A stretch of 64,000 bases of DNA from Vermamoeba vermiformis (lineage: Eukaryota): positions 310,001 to 374,000 of the forward strand of contig JBEWZL010000232.1 of the NCBI GenBank assembly GCA_045837725.1, in the 5' to 3' direction. Shown one piece after another: positions 46,194 to 60,093 of this stretch; the stretch's first letter is position 1, and each line of letters starts with the position of its first letter. Position numbers and translations under genes: made by a program. The notes below the pieces were generated by a model, which worked only from the letters and a program-made list of their open reading frames with translations, ran no database searches and was not told the origin of the DNA.

Positions 46194-48529
46194 ATGAAGC
46201 TACTTGTCGCAATATTACTAGTCATAGGAGTCTTTGGTAAGTCCTCGCATTTCCTTTTTTAATTGAAATTTGATTTTAAAATTTAAACTTGTTTAAAAAC
46301 CCAATCCAGCTTACTCCGAAGCTTTTTTCAGTTACCGTAGTTAAAATTAATAATAATAGTAATATTATTATGAATAGTGACCCTACCCTGCTTTGTTGCC
46401 GCTCAGATAGCAGACAATTTAATTTTCGAGCAAGTTGCTGTACTGCCTTTTCGTGGAACACCAGCCTTTGCATCAACAAATAGCAGCCGTGCTTATTTTT
46501 ATGGAGGAGCTCTAACTAAATCAGCTTACTTCGCGGATCTTGCCACAGGAAAAGTTTTTAATTCAACGGACGGTCTTTTTAATCTTGAAGGCGCTTGCGC
46601 CGTGATCAATTCTGTTAACGATATATTCGTAATGGGTACGTATAACAGACACTAATTGATTTATTTAAATCCAATTTCTAAATTTAATTTTTTTTCAGGA
46701 GGAGATCAGCTCGGCGATGGATCTGGCACTGCAGCGTTCCAATACTTGCAAACCGGTGCCGATGGATTTACTACCGCTAGTGGCATGCTTCAAACGCGTC
46801 AATATCATCGCTGCGTTTACGAGCCTGTAAAAGACCTGATCTACTCTCTCGGCGGCTACTTACAATCTCCGAGCTGGATAACGCTGATTACTATGGACTA
46901 TTATAAACCAGGTATTGGTTGGTCTGTTGCGCCTTATCCGATTTCGAATCCAGTGACCGGATTCGCGTTCATTTTGGACAACTCCCAAACCCTGTACATT
47001 CTGGGCGGAACTAACGAGTCTAACGTGCCCGTCGATTATATTCAAGTATTTAATCAAGACACTAGTGTTTTTAGTCGGCTACAAGACACTCTTGCAATTC
47101 CTCATAGCAACATGGGTACGGATCCAAATCCAGGCATAAATTTTTTTATTTCATGAACGGGTCTAATGTTATGATTATAGGTGCGGTACTAGTGCCCGAG
47201 TTCAATATGATCATATTGTGCGGAGGAGATGAAGCCAATTGTCAATATTTCCAGCCCGGCAGTACTCCCAAGACCGGTGTAATTACCACGAATTTGCAGC
47301 CATCCAATTTGACCTTCGCGCACGTGATTGGTCCAAATCTCTACCTCGTGCAAAAGACTGGTCAAATCTTAGTGGCTAAATGTGCCCTGGCGCTCTGTCC
47401 GCACGGCTGCATCGACGGAGTTTGTGCCGATGCCCCGACGCCCGTGTCAGTCGCGCCGTTCAGTGGCTGCGGCCAGTGCACTGGTGACACGGCGCTGTGT
47501 GTTCCTGAACGGGGCGTGTGTGTCGGTAACAGAGTGGTGCCCATCTTGCAGTGCATTGACACGCTGGACAACGGCAAGAAGAGAAGTCACTTCGCGTACA
47601 ACAATCTCGCGCCGGTCACTGTGAACATTGCCAGTAACACTGCCAACAATTTCATCGCGCCGAGTGGCACACCTATCGATAGTTTCACGCCTGGTCGCAG
47701 CTACTACTACCCGCTGGATGCCTTTACAGTGAGTCCTATTGTCATTGGCAATATTGTTCGAGTACTCACGCTGTTGAACACAGATTGACAGCACACCGAA
47801 CACAGTGGTCACGTGGTTTGTCGACGGCTATTTGATCTCATTTAACACCTCCGACACCTCGCTAGTCTGTCCAGACAGTAAGATTAATTATTACAGATGC
47901 TATCAATAACAATTACTAATGGCATACAGACGCCACATTCGGCATCAAAGTGTCGCCGGTACCATCAGACGTGCAAGCATTTCTCGACCGATTGAGGCAA
48001 GCTCTCGCCTCAGTGCTCGGCGTATTGGCCACGAGATTTCAAGCGGAGTTAGTGACGCAAAAGCGACAGAGCAATCTCGAAGCGGAGATTGAAGTGACAG
48101 TATCGAGCAGCGGTGACAGCACGGAGCCCTCGCCCGCTGAAATCGTCAGCAACTTTGTGACCAATCAGACCGCCGTTCAAAAAGTCCAAGAACAAGTCCC
48201 TGAAGTGCAAACTATCACTCCTCCCAAGCCGCTGCCCAGTACGTAATAACGCTCAATTTAAACTGCAAATATCTGATATTTTTCACAGCTGAGCTGAGCG
48301 GTCAAGTTGTACCTGGCGCTCCGACCGTTGCTCCTGGTAAGCACTTGTTTGCGATTGAATAGTAATACTGGCCTGTTCTAACAACTTTTTGCCCAATCAA
48401 ATAGTTGCGCCAAAAGTCCCTATCACGGCGTCTAGTTCAGTGAAAATCACCGAAAGAATTTTCTTGCCCATGAACGTACTGTGGATCTGCTTGTTCTCGG
48501 TGCTCTACGTGTGGATACAGTTTGGATAG
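46194..48529 (+). CDS. Cell-surface protein: signal peptide, Kelch-type propeller, Cys-rich segment, beta domain, GPI/TM tail
   Basis: MKLLVAILLVIGVF. Kelch motifs YFYGG, IFVMGG, IYSLGGY, LYILGG, IILCGG. Pro/Thr stalk and C-terminal hydrophobic segment. Confidence 0.75.
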
Positions 48530-48747
48530 TGATAATAGAAGTGAATGGCGAAGTTGTGGAGTTGGTGGGAAAGCATTAGTAAACCCAAGCGGACTGATAG
48601 GTCTGTGGTAGAGTCGGTCCAAAAAACGAACAAACCAACCAATTGTTCGCAAAAAGACGCACTTACACCCCAAATAGTTGTTCCGTCCATTGAATCGATT
48701 CAAACAATAAATTTTATTTATTTTGAACAAGAACACCAACAGCACAA

Positions 48748-49053
48748 ATGGAAGCTAACTACCCTAAAACCGTAGAAGAATTGGTCGAAGATATGATGAC
48801 GCTTTATCAATTGAAAAAGCAGGGTTTACAGGCGAACAATGCTGGTAACACTATTTCCATCAAACTTCCGGAATTAGTCAGCGCACTTAACTTGCCGGGC
48901 ATTTACGCTATTTCAGCTGGTGCGAAGAACTTCTCCGAAATCGCCGATGCCAAGGTTAGCGAAGCAATTAAGCTTTTCATTCAAAAACTCAAAACTTTAC
49001 ACCCCGGATGTGTTAAAGTAAGTGATTGGACCATTGAAGTTATTTTCAAATAA
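48748..49053 (+). CDS. Small intronless hypothetical protein (101 aa)
   Basis: ATG ORF with globular composition, AATAAA downstream. Confidence 0.5.
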   Translation: MEANYPKTVEELVEDMMTLYQLKKQGLQANNAGNTISIKLPELVSALNLPGIYAISAGAKNFSEIADAKVSEAIKLFIQKLKTLHPGCVKVSDWTIEVIFK

Positions 49054-49268
49054 TTAGGTAATTATGAGATAGACTAAAGTAATAAATTTTATTTGTTTTC
49101 ATCTTTTGGTTGGACGAAAAATTATTCGACACCTGACTGTATTTACGAGCAATGTTGGGTTAGACTGACGCACCCTGTACCAATTTTAACCGTGAATTTC
49201 AAAGTTGATGATAGTTTTACTTTGTACATTCATCGCAACATACTCGTAACGATTATTCAATCAAGATA

Positions 49269-51953
49269 TTATTTTTTGAAGTCAAACACGACGGCTGAAG
49301 CAGGACCTGGTCCAGTTTGGTAAGTGAAGTAGCGAGTGTTCGCACGAGGAGGGCCATAAGAACTTGAAACGCCTCCTATGATGCCTTGATGGTCTTGAAT
49401 GTAAAATCCACCGCTCCATTGACACGTGTTCAAGTCCCAAATATTCAAGATGCGATTTGTCATGGACAACACGCGCTGATTATTTGCATCGATGAGGTAA
49501 TTAGTATCAGCGTCAATAGTATTAGGGACCTGTAATAATCATATAATAAGCACCTTATTGTAGCATTCGAACGAGGTTTAAATTTACCGTTGAAACAATG
49601 CCGTTCATTTTTCTAATGTCAGCAATGTCGATTCTATTCCTGCTTGTAGCCACGACGCGATATTCGTCCAAAAATTTTGCCCAAGTGTATCGATGCACTA
49701 CATTAGTATCAAATAATTGACCAATCACTTCAAACTTGGCTGAATGCAATTGGATGCTGTGATCGGTTGGAGGATAACGATTGGTGGATATGAACATGTC
49801 GTTGAGGGGATTGACGTCTAGTAGCTCCGAGTCAATCTTTAGCACTTTTTGTGCAGGTAGTCGCTCGTCTAATGTATATACGTAACGGTCTGATTACAAA
49901 AAAAAATTAACGGATCTGCATAAAATTTAACTTTTGTCTGCTTACCGATGTATAGTTTATAATTGCAGCTATGCAAGTAATTAAATGAGTCGAATTTCAA
50001 TTGATGTTTTGAGATTAATTTGGTGCCGATAAACAGTTCGACTTCGTTTTGCATGACCACTGCCAGTGTGGGCTCAATCGCGTTCGAAGAATCAATAATA
50101 GCGACGCCTTGGGGCTTAAATCTCGCGCTGATCTGCAGGGACGATTCAGACAAATGATGTTTGGTCCTCGTGTCATCGTCCCAACGCATCCAAAAAAAAC
50201 CTGTCCTGTCGTAGTACCCGTATCCATATGTTTTTGCGAAAGATCCAACCACGATATTTTCATCCATCGCCTTAAACTCGCCGCCAATGACAAATTGACT
50301 ATATTTGCCGTGGTTCCATCGCGTTAGAATGCTACGAAGGAAGATCCGTTAATGACACTTTGACACTTTGACACTTTGACATGTCTTACGATGAATCGCG
50401 CCAATAGATCGACTCCCATGGAATAGATGCGTTGTCGGGTCTGCTGTGGATTTGGTGATATTTTCTCGGAAATTGAAATTTCATCAGTTGCTTTGCACCT
50501 GTTGACAGCGTTTTGAACCCAGTTGAGACGCATCTAAGTGCCAGCATGGAGTACATATCCAAATATAGTATGATGATCTCGATGATCTCTGTGGGCAGTT
50601 CCAAAAAAGGAAAAATCGTGTCCCCGACGAACTTGCTCAAATTCTTCGACTTTTGAGATTCTGTTAAACATTTCTTCAGCATTACCGTATATAATTGATA
50701 TCATTATAAATGTATACCGTAGATGACATTAATATAAGGGTACATCTGTTTGATAACTTGCGCCGGACTTGTTGATCGCAACGCTTTTTTGCTCTCTTCG
50801 TACACAGCTTTGTAAAAATCTGACAAATGCGAAAAAATAATTAATTTAATTAATTTTGTCATTATTAGACTATTAGTGTATATTTAATTACCGTTGAAGT
50901 CACTTAGTTTCACGGGCTCTACTTCGTACCACTCGAACTGTTCCAGCAGCGATGGATGCAAATATGCAAATGCAAAATCTGGTCGCGTGAGATCAATTTA
51001 ATGCGATTGCCTTATTTGGTAATAAATATTACGTGTAGTTACCGATGTGTGGGAATCTCAGCTTTGTTCGTTGCAAGAATTTCAAGCACCTTTTCAGCTC
51101 TAAGTCGAGCATGACCACTAACTCCGATAAATCACGTGATATTATATGACAAAAATCGTCTTTGTACGCGCCGTAAAGTGATTCTAAGAAATTATATCGA
51201 AATGGTCTGTAGTTCTTGAGCAGGACTTGAGTGACAACTGAATTGCCTAATCATATTTGTAAGTAACTGTATTGTCCGGACTAACGCAAAAAAACAGCGG
51301 AAATTAACTGCTTAGATCCGGTTCACAAAAGAAAAGTGGATTTAAATTTCTTGAGCCGGTGTACGATACTAAATTATAATGCATACCCTCTATTCTTTCC
51401 GACATCAGTTCATGCACGCTGATACGATGCGCCAATGCCGCTAACAACATGGGCTCTTGGATCAACTCCTTGAACGTTACGCGACGCACTTTGAACAGCT
51501 GGAAAATGCAATCGCGTGTAACTTGTCGCTTCTTAGTTGCAGTATTAAATATACCTATTAATCATGTTTATAAGTGGTGCTAAAAACGCGAGCGCATCCA
51601 ATAAACTTACGAAGACGCGCAAACCAACCAATATTGCTCAAATCGCTCGGAATATCGATGAGGCTATCGATATATTCTATATCCGTAGCACAATAGACTA
51701 ATAGGAGCAAAGCTTCGGTGCTCCATTGTGCTCGATCAGGACAGTTAAAATTCTAAAAGAAATTAAATATTTTCTACGATATTTCTCAAAATTATTTTGA
51801 ATGCGCCGTGATGAACAGTATAATGATTACCTTGGATAAATAATAGCTGGCCAATTTTTGAGTTTTAGATCCGAAATATTTGAATGAGAGTATTTCTGAG
51901 CGGATTAGCTCAAAGTCGTTGCTTAGCAGTGTCGATGGCGCTACCCAGTCCAT
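49269..51953 (-). CDS. Protein with N-terminal helical region, internal F-box and C-terminal WD40-like propeller
   Basis: Phase-consistent multi-exon model. FPFLELPTEIIEIIILYLD..SMLALRCVSTGF, RWNHGKY, ILNIWDLNT, VVFDF end. Confidence 0.72.
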
Positions 51954-52248
51954 ATTGTATATATTTCAAGACCTCGCTAACTAAAAGAAATCCGTGTATC
52001 TGTGCATAACGCCAAGATAGTAAATGAATTTGAAAGATTTTTCTTTGGTCCTTATTTGGAAATATCTGAGAATTGAAGAGGTACCCCTTTCATTTTACAA
52101 TTTTTACTAGTAATGAAGCCGATGGTGCGATGCTGACGTAGTTCTTAAGATTGAGAACCAATAATAATAATATTGCATAAATTTTTGCAAATGCCACATA
52201 TCAGGGTCAGTCAGCATAGTAAGAGAATCAATACTACTATATAATTTA

Positions 52249-54664
52249 TTATTGCATCAGTTTATCACGAATAATAAGCCACTGATCGGCCGGTGTTGTA
52301 ACCTTCCACTTGCCGTCAATAATTCTTTCGTAGATTACAAAACAATCACCATAGGCTGACATTGACAGTCTCGTATACGGCACATATCGCCCGCTTAGTG
52401 GCCCCAAGACACGCTGAATTGTAATAGCTTTGTGATTTGGTGTTTTGACTTTGCCTTGTTGCAACAATTTTGTCGCAAATTGGTTGTGTCTGACGTCATC
52501 TTTCGGCTCCACGACATGCACTAGTGAATATCTGCGAGGACTAATTAGCTCGATTATAATAAGGAGCCGGCAACTATAACCCAATAATAAGGAATTTAAG
52601 TTTGTTGGTACCTTTCATCAGCAGTTTCATGAACGAGAAGTGACGAGTACGAAAGCAACGATGAAAATTTTTCGTACAATAAGCCATGAATAAGTTTATG
52701 AACCTAAATGCCATTATTAATCAGTATATATATATTATTATAGTATAGTACCTTAGTCTCGCCTGTAGTGCTCACTTCAAGTATTTCGATTGGTCGGTAA
52801 ACATCTTCGTCTCGAAAACTCAACACGCTCACACTATTCCCTTCATTACTCATCACAAATTTGCCATTATAAGCCTAAAGAAGTTAATTAATTAATGACA
52901 GCAATTTCAGATGCAAATATGCGACGCATTTTACCTGCATCATGTTCGGATTGCCAGATCCCACGACCGTAATGCAGTTCAAATATGACCCGTCATTAGG
53001 ATCAATGAACCAAAATTTTTGATTAATTAGCAGCGCTATAACGCCATTAACGAGATAAATATGATATACCTAATAAGGAAATTGTTAAATACTGGTAATT
53101 TGACATTTGAATTACTACAAATAACGGATTCATATTCAATCCTGGCTCTATTAATATCTTTTTTTCTTCTTTTGTGCGTAAGTTATAGCGATAGATATGT
53201 TGTTCGTCAACCGAAATCATCTAACAAAAATAAATTAATTATTTACGATAGATCCGCTGTTTTGTTCTTACCTCTTCGTAAGTCGTAATTACATTAACTG
53301 CATACACTTTATCTTTAGTGCCACGAATAACATCAATGCGTTTAGCACGTTCATCTCCCTGGTCCTGAGCAAAAAAACCAGTTAATAATTTTAATATTCT
53401 AAATATATTCTAAATAAATGTCAGTTTAATTAGCTTACTCTTAAAAACAAGTCATTGCCGCATATTTCAGCACTATAGGGTATAGGAAGTGTCTTTTCAA
53501 ACACGGTTTTGCCAGTCGATAGATCAAGAACTGATGTTATTGCGCTACATTTGTTATTAAATTAATAATTAATAATTATTTTGATGAAAACAATTATTTT
53601 ATAATGTATTAGCGTGCGCTTTTTTACCATTTGTTGTGATATTGAATATTATGAACTACCACCAAGGAAGATCTGGCATCATAGTTTTCTTTAAGCTCTA
53701 TTAGCTGACCTGTGTAATAAACATGATGTAATTATATACAATTAAATATAAACCGATCCACGTACGCGTCGCATTTGGAGCCACAAATTGTTTAAATTGC
53801 AGATCGTTGTTCAAATCGAACGGTGCATGTTCTAATGTAACGTCTCCATACGGCAAAGCATCACCGCTAATAGGCTATAATAAATATTAATAAATCGCTG
53901 GTACTAATGCCACTCGATGAAACTTCTAAGAAAGACAAGACTACTTACACCCGATACAACGTAGCTGCCAAAGAATCTAAGCATCGGCTGTGCATAATTC
54001 TGTATTCGAAGAAATCGTTAATATTATTACATTATTATTAAAACTATTAATTAGCTTGCGTACTTTAATTTTTTGCTTAGATTCGAGATCCCAAAGCTCT
54101 GTCTCGTGAAAAGCATCAAATCCGCGAGTATCTCTATCATATTAATTACACATAAGGTACCATTAACCTTGGTATTACTCGCGTCGCTCAATGGAGTTCC
54201 ATACAATCAAGCAGTATTTGTCGTACACGGAGCACTTAGCAGGAAATATGTCCTTTCCCCAATTATCTACTGCTGGCGCACGCGCTGCAATAGTTTCTAA
54301 CGTGAATCTATTTCATACATTAATAGATTTGCGAAGAGAGTTGTAATTTGTCGGGATCTACCTGCCAGCAATTAGGTTTTTTCTTGTTTCAACAAAATTA
54401 CGGACAATATTGCGCCAATTTTCATTGTCACTACGCTGATAATAATGTGGAAAAGCTCCACTGAAAGCTAAGTCCTATAATTAAAGAAAAATTAGGTAAA
54501 TATTTTTTAATTAATTAATTCATTTGTTTACGTACCTTCCAGAGTGATTCGTAGTTTCGCATCTCATTCCAATATTTATTAATTGAGAGCGCTTTGAAAA
54601 CGTCATTGCAGCTCAGATTCAAAAATATGAGCGCCAGTATTTCCTTCGGAAGAGCCCAATCCAT
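52249..54664 (-). CDS. F-box protein with WD40-like C-terminal region (many short exons)
   Basis: Exon 1 MDWALPKEILALIFLNLSCNDVFKALSINKYWNEMRNYESLWK. Later ELWDLESKQ. Confidence 0.72.
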
Positions 54665-54858
54665 TCAATAACTTTATTTCCAACCCAATAACACGTTGTG
54701 AATTAGAGCAAATAAAAAATCAGTGGTGGCTCTGCATGCAACAAGATTTTGAAACAAAAAGTCGGATTCGGACAAGCCATTAAGTATCGGAGCAAGAACA
54801 TTAAAATTGAATATCAATTAGATTTAACAACTTTATTGTTTGGTACATTGTCTTGGTC

Positions 54859-57074
54859 TTAAATCAAAATAGCTAAAGCCATCATCAAACCAACACTAAC
54901 AGTACCCAAGGCAGCAGATGAGATACGTGCAGGGGTTCTTGACGGAGTTCTCGTCGGGGCAGCGAGAGGTGCAACAGGAGGCATCGGAGTTCTGTAATCA
55001 AAGTCCACAGCACGGACCAGCATGAAGCCTCTGTTGGTGTCGTTGACAATGCCGACAGCAAAGTACGACACGACAGTATCTGCGTCATCGTACAACGTGC
55101 CGTTGATAAGTGTAGCGCCGCCTTTGGTAGCAATGCGTGTTGCCAGTGGATTGCTGGCATTGACAGATGTGTAGCCGAACACTTCTGGATAGATGAGCGA
55201 AGCGACTGTCTGGCCATCGATGTCAAGCGTGACTTCGGGAGAGGTCGCGGAAGCATGGACTCCTCGAATGTAAGCAGTGCCTGCTGCAGGTTTGACAAAG
55301 TTATCGTTCAATTGCATGATTCTGGGGCTCAGAGCTCCGCCAATAAGTGCCGTGACGAAATTGCCAGCGTTAACGCGGATCGGACTGCGGAACAACTCTG
55401 TGTCGTCTGGGGCTGAGTGCACGCTCACTCGGTAGAGACCGGGAAGTACTTCTCCATAAACTGTGAAGTTCGTGTAGCTCATGTTTTGCACGAAGGGAGT
55501 GCCATCGATTTTGACGTTAACTGTAGGACCACCAAATGTAGCTAGGGCGTGGAAGGCACGCAAAGCTCCTGCACTTCCATATAAGGCATCGACACTCGGG
55601 AAAACAGTGAAAGTGGTGATTCCGTCTGAGTTCGGTAAACCTGCAGCAACTATAGTAATGACAGCCCCCGCGGGAATTTCCAACTGTGTTTGAAGAATGC
55701 GCGTCTGCGTGCCAGCAGCGTTGATAACGCCCGTGTAAGACCCAGCGGGAAGTTCAGCATAGCCACTTGCGAGGCCATAGGCAAGGTACGTAACCATGGC
55801 TACTCCGTTCACATAAACATCGACGGCGGAGGAGGTGGCTCCTGCGTGCATGATGCGCACACGAGAAGTTCCGTTCGTTGGCGCAGTGTTTCTGTCATAA
55901 ACAAGACGGCCCACGGGAACGGATCCGGTTTCGACAGGCACTGCGAACAACGTGGATTCAGTGAAGCCGTTCAGGAAAGCAGTGACGGAGATTATAACAG
56001 TGTTCTCAACTGCAACCGCGAGATCGTGAGCTCCCGCTGGAATGTTGAGGTAGTTTGTGATGTTCGTATACCTGCGGTAAAAGTAACAATTAGTTCGAGG
56101 ACTACAACGAAAACTACTGTCACATATAAAGTATGATATTATTATTCTATGGCGGGATTGTCCAAGCCAACCAAACTAAGGATCCACTTTCATCCGTAAC
56201 AGCATTTTTTCCGGATTTCAAAAATTTTAGGGGCAGAGTAAATTATTAAAGTTTACCTGATATTTCTGAAGAGATAGAAAAGGCTATCAGCAACGACGTT
56301 TACGACGAATTCCGCGGGAACAGCGTGTACAAAAGCCAAACGGGTTTCGATGGAGTAGTCGGTGAGTTCGTAGACGGCAATGTTTGGCAGTGGTCCTGCA
56401 GCGTCATTGCGACCGACAATAAGAACCAAATAACTTTTGAGGCTTTCGAACGTAACGGATTTGGAGATGTCGGGTGGGCTTGACGAACCGGCATTTCTTA
56501 CGTTAACAAATCCAGTTCCAGCGGTGCCTAAAGTAGGTGCAGATACGTTTGCATAGTCCAAGTTGTTAGCCAACGAAGTGAGTTCGGTTCCGGTTCCTAC
56601 ATCCACGTTACCAACACCAAAAGCGACGTGACTGACGGTAACGCGCGCCTGACCCGGGTCAAGTGGACTAACATTGTCGGCAATGCTACCCAACTGAACG
56701 CCTAAGTTGCTGAAGGCTACCAAAACGTAGGAAAGTTGGCTCACGACGAGAGTACCGTTTGTGTAAACGTCCGTGCCTCCAGCAGGCTTGACTTGGAAGT
56801 CGTATGAGTCATAGATAAGATAAAACCATTCGCTGGCATCCTACAATATTAGTTTAGATTCAAGTTTTGGTCACAAAGTCTAGATGCATCTTACCAAGTA
56901 CTTGATATTCCGCAAAGAATATGCGACGAAGCCGTCCTTTAAGAAGTATACGTCGAATGCAGTATCAGTATTAAAAGGATAGGCGTTGATAACCTTGATG
57001 CGACCGAAACTTTGGGCGAATACGGTTGCAGCGCCTATAATCAAGAACAAAGTCACCAAAAGAGTTCGGCTCAT
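54859..57074 (-). CDS. Multi-DUF4397 surface protein (signal peptide, GPI/TM tail)
   Basis: Repeated R.R..HA....VDVYV.G......L.Y...SGY..LPAG.Y units. Signal peptide MSRTLLVTLFLIIGAATVFA. Two introns. Confidence 0.82.
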
Positions 57075-57369
57075 TTGTAAACTGTAGGTGTTGTTGTTGT
57101 GCTAAAGCGCGAGACAAAAAAAGAGGTAAACCAACTGTAAACGAATTAATCTGGACCGGTGTTTTGTACAAAAAAAGAAAAGTTATTTTTAGAGAGTCTA
57201 AAGTTAGACCAATTTTATACTTAAATTTTTACTGTTTATGAATGACTTACCACAGCCGCGGACTGCTGTCATTCGTGCGGCATGATATTGTGCTGTTACA
57301 AAACCGTCCTGTTAATACTTGTTTTAGCGTGGTGTTTCATTGTATAACAGGTCTATCATCCCGATCGCG

Positions 57370-57747
57370 GCAATAGTTTCTAATGTGAATCTATTTCGTA
57401 CATTAATATAATTACGAAGAGAGTTGTAATTTGTCAGGATCTACCTGCCAGCAATCAGGTTTTTTCTTGTTTCGACAAAATTACGGACAATACTGCGCCA
57501 ATTTTCATTGTCACTTTGCTGATAATAATGTGGAAATGCTCCGCTGAAAACCAAGTCCTGTAATTAATTTTAAAATTATGTAAATATTTTTTAATTACAA
57601 TTCATTTGTTTACGTACCTTCCAGAGTGATTCGTAGTCTTGCATCTCATTCCGATATTTGGAAATTTGAGAGCACTTTGAAAACGTCATTGCAGCCCAGG
57701 TTCAAAAATATGAGCGCCAGTATTTCCTTCGGAAGAGCCCAATCCAT
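57370..57747 (-). pseudogene. Truncated, frameshifted copy of the 5' end of the F-box gene at 52249-54664
   Basis: Colinear high identity with 54287-54664 including both introns. One extra nt near 57660 gives SNFQISE*. Confidence 0.85.
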
Positions 57748-57912
57748 CCTTTATATGCACAGTACGTCAATACTGATATTTTGCACGCATTATTTATCAA
57801 TTTTGAAGCAATATTTTGTGGTGGTCCAATCAAAGTGTCGAAAAAATGCGATCGTGTTACAAAACGAGATAATCTTAATACTGCGTTTTGATTGTATTCT
57901 CCAACCACTCTT

Positions 57913-59901
57913 TTAATTATACAACATATCAAGAAGCTCAATGGTGTACTTTTCTTTGCGCTCAGGTGTCGAATTGATGTGTTTCTTGTACAGCGCAACA
58001 ATCTCGTCGTGTTCAGGCACGGAGGATTCAAAATCGAACGCGATTGGTCCACCGCTCGACTCGAAGACAGTGTGCAATAGGTCATATGCACCCTATTAAT
58101 GAAAAAATTAGTGGGATGGACTCCACAAACGGTTTTATATAGTTGGATCTGGCTTGCTCAACTGCTCATATAGAACGCCGATATTATATGTTATATAGTC
58201 CTGTACTTACTTGCAACACGTCATCGTCTACTTTGTCTTCTTTGAGTGCGCTCAACAGATCTCCGACCTTGATGCAATCCATCGCGGTGTAATCGATCAT
58301 GACGCTACAAGTATAGTGTTAATATAGAATCCATGCATAGTAAGATTTAGTATTGTTAATATTAAGCAATGTTACGTACTCGTTCTTGTAACCACGAGCC
58401 AGCAACCAACGTTTGAAAGCCTCGGGTAACTCCATAAATGAAGCAACCAACAAGCACACCTAACAATAGAATAACAGTTAGTACTATTTTAAATATAACG
58501 TTGAATATAAGCAATGAATGACGTTTGAAGGTATAAAAATTGTTCGAAAAAGACATCGTTAGACGTCACTTGGACACATAAGCTCAGTTATTAATCGTTC
58601 GAGACTTTAATAAAGCTGCTATATATGGTTACCTTGATGGCCATAATACGACCCCAGCCTCGGCTGCCAATAGCCATGTCCCACAACTCGGTCAATGGCT
58701 CATTGATGTTCGCGTACAAGAAGCGACAGCTGTTCATATATACACATTAGAATCGAGCGCGTCAAATTATAAAACGTTTGCCACTGCTCTTTGCGTCAAA
58801 TTGCAGCGCATTAGTGGCCTAATAGTGCTATAAATAGGACTCCAGTGATGCAGATCCGTACCTATACCAAGTGAACTCTTCATGTCGACCCAAGTCCATA
58901 GCCATATCAATCAAGTCATCGCGATAAGTGCTAGGAAACTGACCCAATCCGAGCATGATCAAACCAACTTTGACTGGGGTCTTATGAGCGGATTTGAAGG
59001 CTACGAAGGTTGTCAGATAAGTTCGTAGCTTCAAATTTACAATTTATATTATCCCTTATCAACGTACCTAAAGTAAGCGAAAGTTTCATATATCGCTCAA
59101 GCTGATCTTCAGGGAGAGAAGGTACGTAAGAGGACAGATTATTCAAAAATTTGAAGATCCAACCAATAACGGCCATTGTATATTTTTTGTCGGTGTCGCT
59201 AAAATAAGTAATGTTATTAATTAGGAAATTTTGTGGCACACGATTATTTAAATTAGAATCCGAATCCGGATTTCGTTTTAATTCGTTGCATCGGTTAATC
59301 TGTGATTACTTTCGCATATTAATACTTACTCGGATAGTGGTATAGCCAAGCCGTTAATCAGGAGGTTATACAAAGGCTCCAAGTTGTCATCCGAACCCTC
59401 AACAAACTCCTTGACCTTTTCTGTTACTTTAGTGGCGATCTCATTGGCCTTCTCCTCATCTTTAGGGCCATGATACCTAGAAGCAAATTATTTTAGCAAA
59501 TTGTGGAAGCTACATCCGTTGCTAATCCAAAAAAAAATTACCACTTCGGGCAAACGTATTAAATCACTACGATCTTACCAAAAATTACCATCTTGAGCAC
59601 CAGAAGCATAAGGGATGGCATCTTCAGTGTGTTCAAGGTCATCAAAATCGGGGATCTCAAATTTATAATTATTGTAGAGTTCTCGCTTGGCCGCAGGAGC
59701 TTTAGCCATAAGCTGCAAAAAAAATCGGTTAAATTATTGCATAATTGTTACGAATTAAGCAACACCCGAATCGATCCGATTTACCTTCGGGATCAGCTGA
59801 TAGCCAGGGACTTTTGGTCGTTGTCCTTCCACCGATTTATGAACAATCTCGTAAATAGGCTTGTTATCCTTGGTAACACTTGACAAATCGAAGAATTCCA
59901 T
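57913..59901 (-). CDS. Helical-repeat protein resembling an uncharacterised bacterial family
   Basis: Spliced translation: PIYEIV, YASGAQDG..YH, PVKVGLIMLG, LGRHEEFTWY, ELWDMAIGSRGWGRIMAI, KRWLLARGYKNDVMIDYTA, GDLLSALKEDKVDDDVL. Confidence 0.75.
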
Positions 59902-60093
59902 GTTGATAATATAAACTAGATGCGTGGTTGTCCTTTTGGGGTTGGTAAATTTAACTGACTGCGGTACTCCAACAAATTTGTTCGCCTGATTTTGTGGAGA
60001 TAATTGGTAAACTATAAACCGTAAAGTTGTGGTTGTGGTGTCGGCTGGAATTCCCGGTTGTGATTTGTCTCGCGCCCAAGTCCAATTAAGTCA

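Noticed and set aside
48545-48775. 76-aa ORF between the Kelch gene and the 101-aa ORF (possible polycistron)
   Set aside because: It starts 15 nt after the upstream stop and is likely UTR or promoter. There is no independent support.
50660-50720. Apparent frameshift or AT-AC intron before the internal F-box
   Set aside because: A canonical phase-1 GT...TTAACAG intron restores the frame.
59000-59070. Apparent frameshift in the bacterial-like helical gene
   Set aside because: Using the acceptor CTTCGTAG with a CTGAC branch site restores the frame (TLAFKSAHKTPVK).
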